Assembly (NCBI GenBank): GCA_025059875.1
Contig: JANXCT010000002.1
Location: forward strand, 153,180 to 217,179
Reading direction: 5' to 3'
Origin: Candidatus Kapaibacterium sp.
Lineage (GTDB): Bacteria; Bacteroidota; Ignavibacteria; Kapaibacteriales; HRBIN21
DNA: 64,000 nt
How positions within the stretch are numbered: the first letter of the stretch is position 1; each line of letters opens with the position of its first letter. Positions 60,507-64,000 of this stretch are shown here, piece by piece. A model generated the notes under the pieces. That model was not told where the DNA came from and made no database searches. It worked only from the letters and a program-made list of their open reading frames with translations. Position numbers and translations under genes: made by a program.

Positions 60507-63002
60507 ATGGACAGCACCTCTGATGGCATGCCAATCCTCCAGTCCCCATCGAACGCTGAGCCACGGAAAACAGGCTCATTCCTACATACTGCTGTCTACG
60601 CCGTCAGCGGCATGAGCTGTGCTGCCTGCGCCAGGAACATAGAGAGTTACCTCCGAGCTCAGCCAGGGATCAGCACTGCTGACGTCAACTTCGCAGCACA
60701 GACATTAACCGTCGTCTATGACCCCCAACGGTACCGACCAGAGGACCTTCGGCACCTCGTCCAGCAGCTCGGCTACGACTTAATAGACCCACACTCCTGG
60801 AGCCAAGAGCAGCAGAAGCAGCTCACGCACCACTCTCGCCAGACATGGATAGCACTCAGCTTCGCTATCCCCGTCATCGTGCTCTCGATGGGATTCCACG
60901 GGCGTATCCCCGCCGCACTCCTCTTGGCACTGACACTCCCTGTGGTGTGGGTTGCCCGAGACATCTTCATCGCAGCATGGACACAAGCCCGCCGAGGTCG
61001 GGCAACCATGGAGACGCTGGTAGCTCTAGGCACAGGAGCGGCTCTTTCCCTCAGCATCTGGGCAACGGTTGCCCCCCAAAGCTTCTCATCTCTCGGGCTT
61101 ACCCCCCCTCTGTACTATGAAGCTGCCGCCGCAGTCCTCGCTGCTGTACTCCTTGGACGGCTACTCGAGGAACGAGCCCGCTTTCGAGGCTCGCGCGCGA
61201 TTGAACGGCTCATGACCCTCCAACCCCGAACAGCCTGTCGGATACAGGATGGCCGTGAGGAGGAGGTACCACTGGAAGCCCTTCGTGTTAGCGACCTCCT
61301 CCGGATCCGTCCGGGCGAGCGGGTTCCTGTCGACGGGACCGTTGTTGAGGGAATCTCCGCGATAAACGAGAGTGCCCTCACAGGTGAGCCACTCCCCGTG
61401 GAGAAGCGCCCTGGAACGCGGGTCTGGGCTGGCACACTGAACACTACCGGAAGCCTGCTGATACGTGCTGAACAGGTCGGTGAAGCCACCGTCCTGGCCC
61501 GCATCATTGAACTCGTTCGTTCGGCCCAGAGCCACAAAGCGCCGATCCAGCGGACTATTGACCGAGTCGCAGGTATCTTCGTCCCGATAGTTCTGGCCCT
61601 CTCCGCCACTACGGCAGCATTGTGGCTCCTCTTCGGACCGGAGCCACGCATAGCCTATGCCCTCCTGACGAGCATCTCTGTGCTCCTCATCGCTTGTCCT
61701 TGTGCCCTCGGATTAGCAACCCCACTGGCATTCCTCTTTGGGGTAGGGCGTGCTGCCGAGGAAGGGGTGCTGGTTAAGGACGCTGCAGCCCTCGAACGTC
61801 TTGCACAGTGCACTGCCATCGTGTTGGACAAAACAGGAACCCTCACTGAAGGGAAGCCTCGTGTGGTATCCGATCGCTGGCTAGAGGACTCCGCACGACA
61901 CCGTGCTGCCCTCGCTGCAATTGCTGCCCACTCTGAGCATCCCCTAGCTGCAGCACTCTATCGCTTCCTCGGAGTCACAGCACTACCGCCTGTAGAGGCT
62001 TTCGTGAGCATCCCCGCCCAAGGAATCGTTGGACGAGTTCGGGGAACGACCTATACAATTGGCAGCCCAGAACTTCTTCGAGAGCGTGCACTCGACTTCC
62101 CTCCTACTTTGCAGGATGTCCTAGACGGATGGTATCGGGCAGGCTACACCATAGTCTGCGCTGCAGCAGAAGAGTGTGTCATTGCCATCTTTGCCATTGC
62201 TGACTCTCTACGAGACGGCACTGCCGAGGCCGTCCGCTTCCTGAAGCGGAGGGGGGTCGAGGTGCATTTAGTTACCGGTGACCATACAGAGGCCGCTGAG
62301 CACGTAGCTCGTGCCACAGGAATTGAGCACGTTCAGGCTCGAACACAGCCGGAGCAGAAAGCCGCCTACGTGCGTTACCTTCAAGCCCAAGGACACCGCG
62401 TAGCCGTCGTTGGGGATGGTATCAACGATGCTCCTGCCCTGGCGGCTGCCGATGTCGGTATAGCAGTTGGCACAGGAATAGATGTTGCCCTGGAGACAGC
62501 TTCGATTGTCTTAGCTGGCAGAGATATCCGCCGGATTGCTTTTGCCTGGCAGCTATCGCGTGCGCTCCGTCATGTCGTTGTCCAGAACTTGGTAGGAGCC
62601 TCGATTTACAACCTCATAGCCCTTCCCGTAGCAGCTGGGGTCCTTTATCCCTTCACTGGGCTCCTCCTGACCCCAATGGTCGCTGGAATTGCTATGGCAC
62701 TTAGCTCTATCTCGGTCGTTTTCAGTAGTTTGCGCCTTAGCAGGTTCACGCCACATTACCGCTCCAAGATGCGCCGATATGTCTTCCGGACAACACTCCA
62801 CTGTGGTAGCTGTGTCACTACTGTTGCACCGGAATTAGACAGAATCGCAGGAGTTCGGCAGTGGCAGGTAGATCTTGCCCACCCGGAGAAGCGCCTTGTC
62901 GTAGATGCGGAAAGTGACGTCCGCCATGCCGTCATCGCCGTGCTGCAGCGCCATGGCTATACGGCCGAACCTGTGCACTCCGCGGAGATGTCCCACCAGT
63001 AA
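60507..63002 (+). CDS. copA: Heavy-metal (Cu+/Ag+-type) translocating P1B-type ATPase with N-terminal HMA domain and extra C-terminal CxxC metal-binding-like domain
   Basis: N-terminal HMA ([12 protein letters not shown]), TM CPC motif ([12 protein letters not shown]), [18 protein letters not shown]-terminal ~80 aa with HCGSC. Confidence 0.85.
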   Translation: MDSTSDGMPILQSPSNAEPRKTGSFLHTAVYAVSGMSCAACARNIESYLRAQPGISTADVNFAAQTLTVVYDPQRYRPEDLRHLVQQLGYDLIDPHSWSQEQQKQLTHHSRQTWIALSFAIPVIVLSMGFHGRIPAALLLALTLPVVWVARDIFIAAWTQARRGRATMETLVALGTGAALSLSIWATVAPQSFSSLGLTPPLYYEAAAAVLAAVLLGRLLEERARFRGSRAIERLMTLQPRTACRIQDGREEEVPLEALRVSDLLRIRPGERVPVDGTVVEGISAINESALTGEPLPVEKRPGTRVWAGTLNTTGSLLIRAEQVGEATVLARIIELVRSAQSHKAPIQRTIDRVAGIFVPIVLALSATTAALWLLFGPEPRIAYALLTSISVLLIACPCALGLATPLAFLFGVGRAAEEGVLVKDAAALERLAQCTAIVLDKTGTLTEGKPRVVSDRWLEDSARHRAALAAIAAHSEHPLAAALYRFLGVTALPPVEAFVSIPAQGIVGRVRGTTYTIGSPELLRERALDFPPTLQDVLDGWYRAGYTIVCAAAEECVIAIFAIADSLRDGTAEAVRFLKRRGVEVHLVTGDHTEAAEHVARATGIEHVQARTQPEQKAAYVRYLQAQGHRVAVVGDGINDAPALAAADVGIAVGTGIDVALETASIVLAGRDIRRIAFAWQLSRALRHVVVQNLVGASIYNLIALPVAAGVLYPFTGLLLTPMVAGIAMALSSISVVFSSLRLSRFTPHYRSKMRRYVFRTTLHCGSCVTTVAPELDRIAGVRQWQVDLAHPEKRLVVDAESDVRHAVIAVLQRHGYTAEPVHSAEMSHQ

Positions 63003-63017
63003 GCTTCGGAAGACCCT

Positions 63018-64000
63018 ATGGCACTCCGGTTGAAACGCTTCCAAAACGAACCCCGCCTGGACTTCAGCAATCCGGAAGTTGCTCGCAAACAGCGGCAAGC
63101 AATTGAGCGAGTTCGGAAGCAGTTTGGACAGGAGTACCCCAACCTCATCGGTGGCAAAGAGGTCTACAACAACCGTGAGAAGCTGCGCTCTATCAATCCG
63201 GCCCATCCAGATGAAGTCGTTGGGCTTTTCCAACGGGCCACCCAACGCGATGCCGAGAATGCACTCAACGCTGCTTGGCGTGCCTTCGAGGAGTGGAAGC
63301 GAGTTCCTGCCGAAGAGCGCGTCCGCTACCTACTGCAAGCTGCAAAGGAGATGCGGCGCCGCCGCCTTGAACTGAATGCCTGGATGATCTGTGAGGTCGG
63401 TAAAAACTACGCTGAAGCAGATGCCGATACCTGCGAAGCGATCGACTTCCTGGAGTACTACGCTCGTGAGGCTCTTCGGTATGCGCAACCACAGCCTGTA
63501 ACCCCCGTCCCTGGTGAGCGCAACGAGTACTTCTACATTCCCCTTGGAGCTGGCGTCATCATCCCTCCATGGAACTTCCCGCTGGCGATTCTGACTGGGA
63601 TGACAGCGGCAGCTATTGTCACCGGCAATACTGTCGTTGTCAAGCCCTCCTCAGAATCCCCAATGATGGGATGGTTGTTAGCAGACATCTTTCGAAGCGT
63701 CGGTCTCCCAGATGGTGTACTCAACCTCGTTGTCGGCAGTGGCAGTGAAATCGGGGACTTCCTCGTCTCGCACCCTCGCACCCGCTTCATTGCTTTCACC
63801 GGCTCGATGGAGGTAGGCCTCCGCATCCATGAGCTAGCTTCCAAACCGCAGCCAGGCCAGATTTGGATTAAGCGCACCATCTTGGAGATGGGCGGGAAAG
63901 ATGCTATCATCGTCGACTCCGAGGCCGATTTAGATGCGGCCGTTGCTGGGGTCATCGTCTCGGCTTACGGCTACCAAGGACAGAAGTGCTCTGCATGCTC
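63018..64000 (+). CDS. rocA: 1-pyrroline-5-carboxylate (L-glutamate gamma-semialdehyde) dehydrogenase, RocA/PruA type; 5' partial, continues past the window end
   Basis: Own translation from the ATG at 63018 (frame 0): MALRLKRFQNEPRLDFSNPEV...YPNLIGGKEV...SINPAHPDEVVG..., ALDH motifs (PWNFPLAI, EMGGKDAIIV, Cys in GQKCSAC). Not in the ORF track because there is no stop before the window end. Confidence 0.8.
   Translation, partial: MALRLKRFQNEPRLDFSNPEVARKQRQAIERVRKQFGQEYPNLIGGKEVYNNREKLRSINPAHPDEVVGLFQRATQRDAENALNAAWRAFEEWKRVPAEERVRYLLQAAKEMRRRRLELNAWMICEVGKNYAEADADTCEAIDFLEYYAREALRYAQPQPVTPVPGERNEYFYIPLGAGVIIPPWNFPLAILTGMTAAAIVTGNTVVVKPSSESPMMGWLLADIFRSVGLPDGVLNLVVGSGSEIGDFLVSHPRTRFIAFTGSMEVGLRIHELASKPQPGQIWIKRTILEMGGKDAIIVDSEADLDAAVAGVIVSAYGYQGQKCSAC

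Noticed and set aside
1-64000. CRISPR arrays, rRNA genes, IS elements/transposases, integrases, phage genes
   Set aside because: No direct-repeat/spacer periodicity, no rRNA-like conserved blocks and no transposase/integrase-like ORFs were seen. The region appears to be core chromosome with accessory envelope/T9SS-related operons.

Overview
GC-rich bacterial chromosomal segment, densely coded on both strands (about 54 supportable features). Several proteins end in Por/T9SS C-terminal sorting domains, and a porU-porV pair plus a second PorV/PorQ-like beta-barrel are present. Together these point to a high-GC member of the Bacteroidota/Rhodothermota/FCB group; this is inference from content, no search was run. 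No CRISPR array, rRNA or obvious transposase/integrase was seen.

Most of the window is housekeeping: lipB, dut, acyl-CoA dehydrogenase, ruvC-yebC, metG, rsmI, tilS-hpt-ftsH, murB, nusB, leucine dehydrogenase, a copA-like P-type ATPase and rocA/pruA.

Accessory-looking blocks, in order:
- A possible surface redox module: standalone nuoE-like ferredoxin, a TAT-signal Rieske protein carrying a T9SS sorting domain, and an EB_dh/DOMON-like heme-domain lipoprotein, followed by hmgA.
- An asnB / O-antigen-ligase-like / GT4 glycosylation cluster next to an SBBP-repeat T9SS cargo protein.
- An rqcH-like NFACT gene sandwiched with 2-12 nt spacers between two tRNA-Arg genes.
- A trpB2 / ParB-Srx-fold (SerK-like) / MBL-hydrolase operon.
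- An oversized porU with porV, extended by an FN3 lipoprotein, a Wza-like SLBB protein and a solute-binding lipoprotein.
- A minus-strand operon coupling a serine-palmitoyltransferase-like alpha-oxoamine synthase and an SDR reductase to a PorV/PorQ-like outer-membrane barrel and two lipoproteins. This looks like a lipid (sphingoid/sulfonolipid-type) synthesis-plus-envelope module and is the best candidate for an undescribed system.

All functional calls rest on motifs recognised by eye in the supplied translations. Start codons are uncertain in several places and noted per feature.
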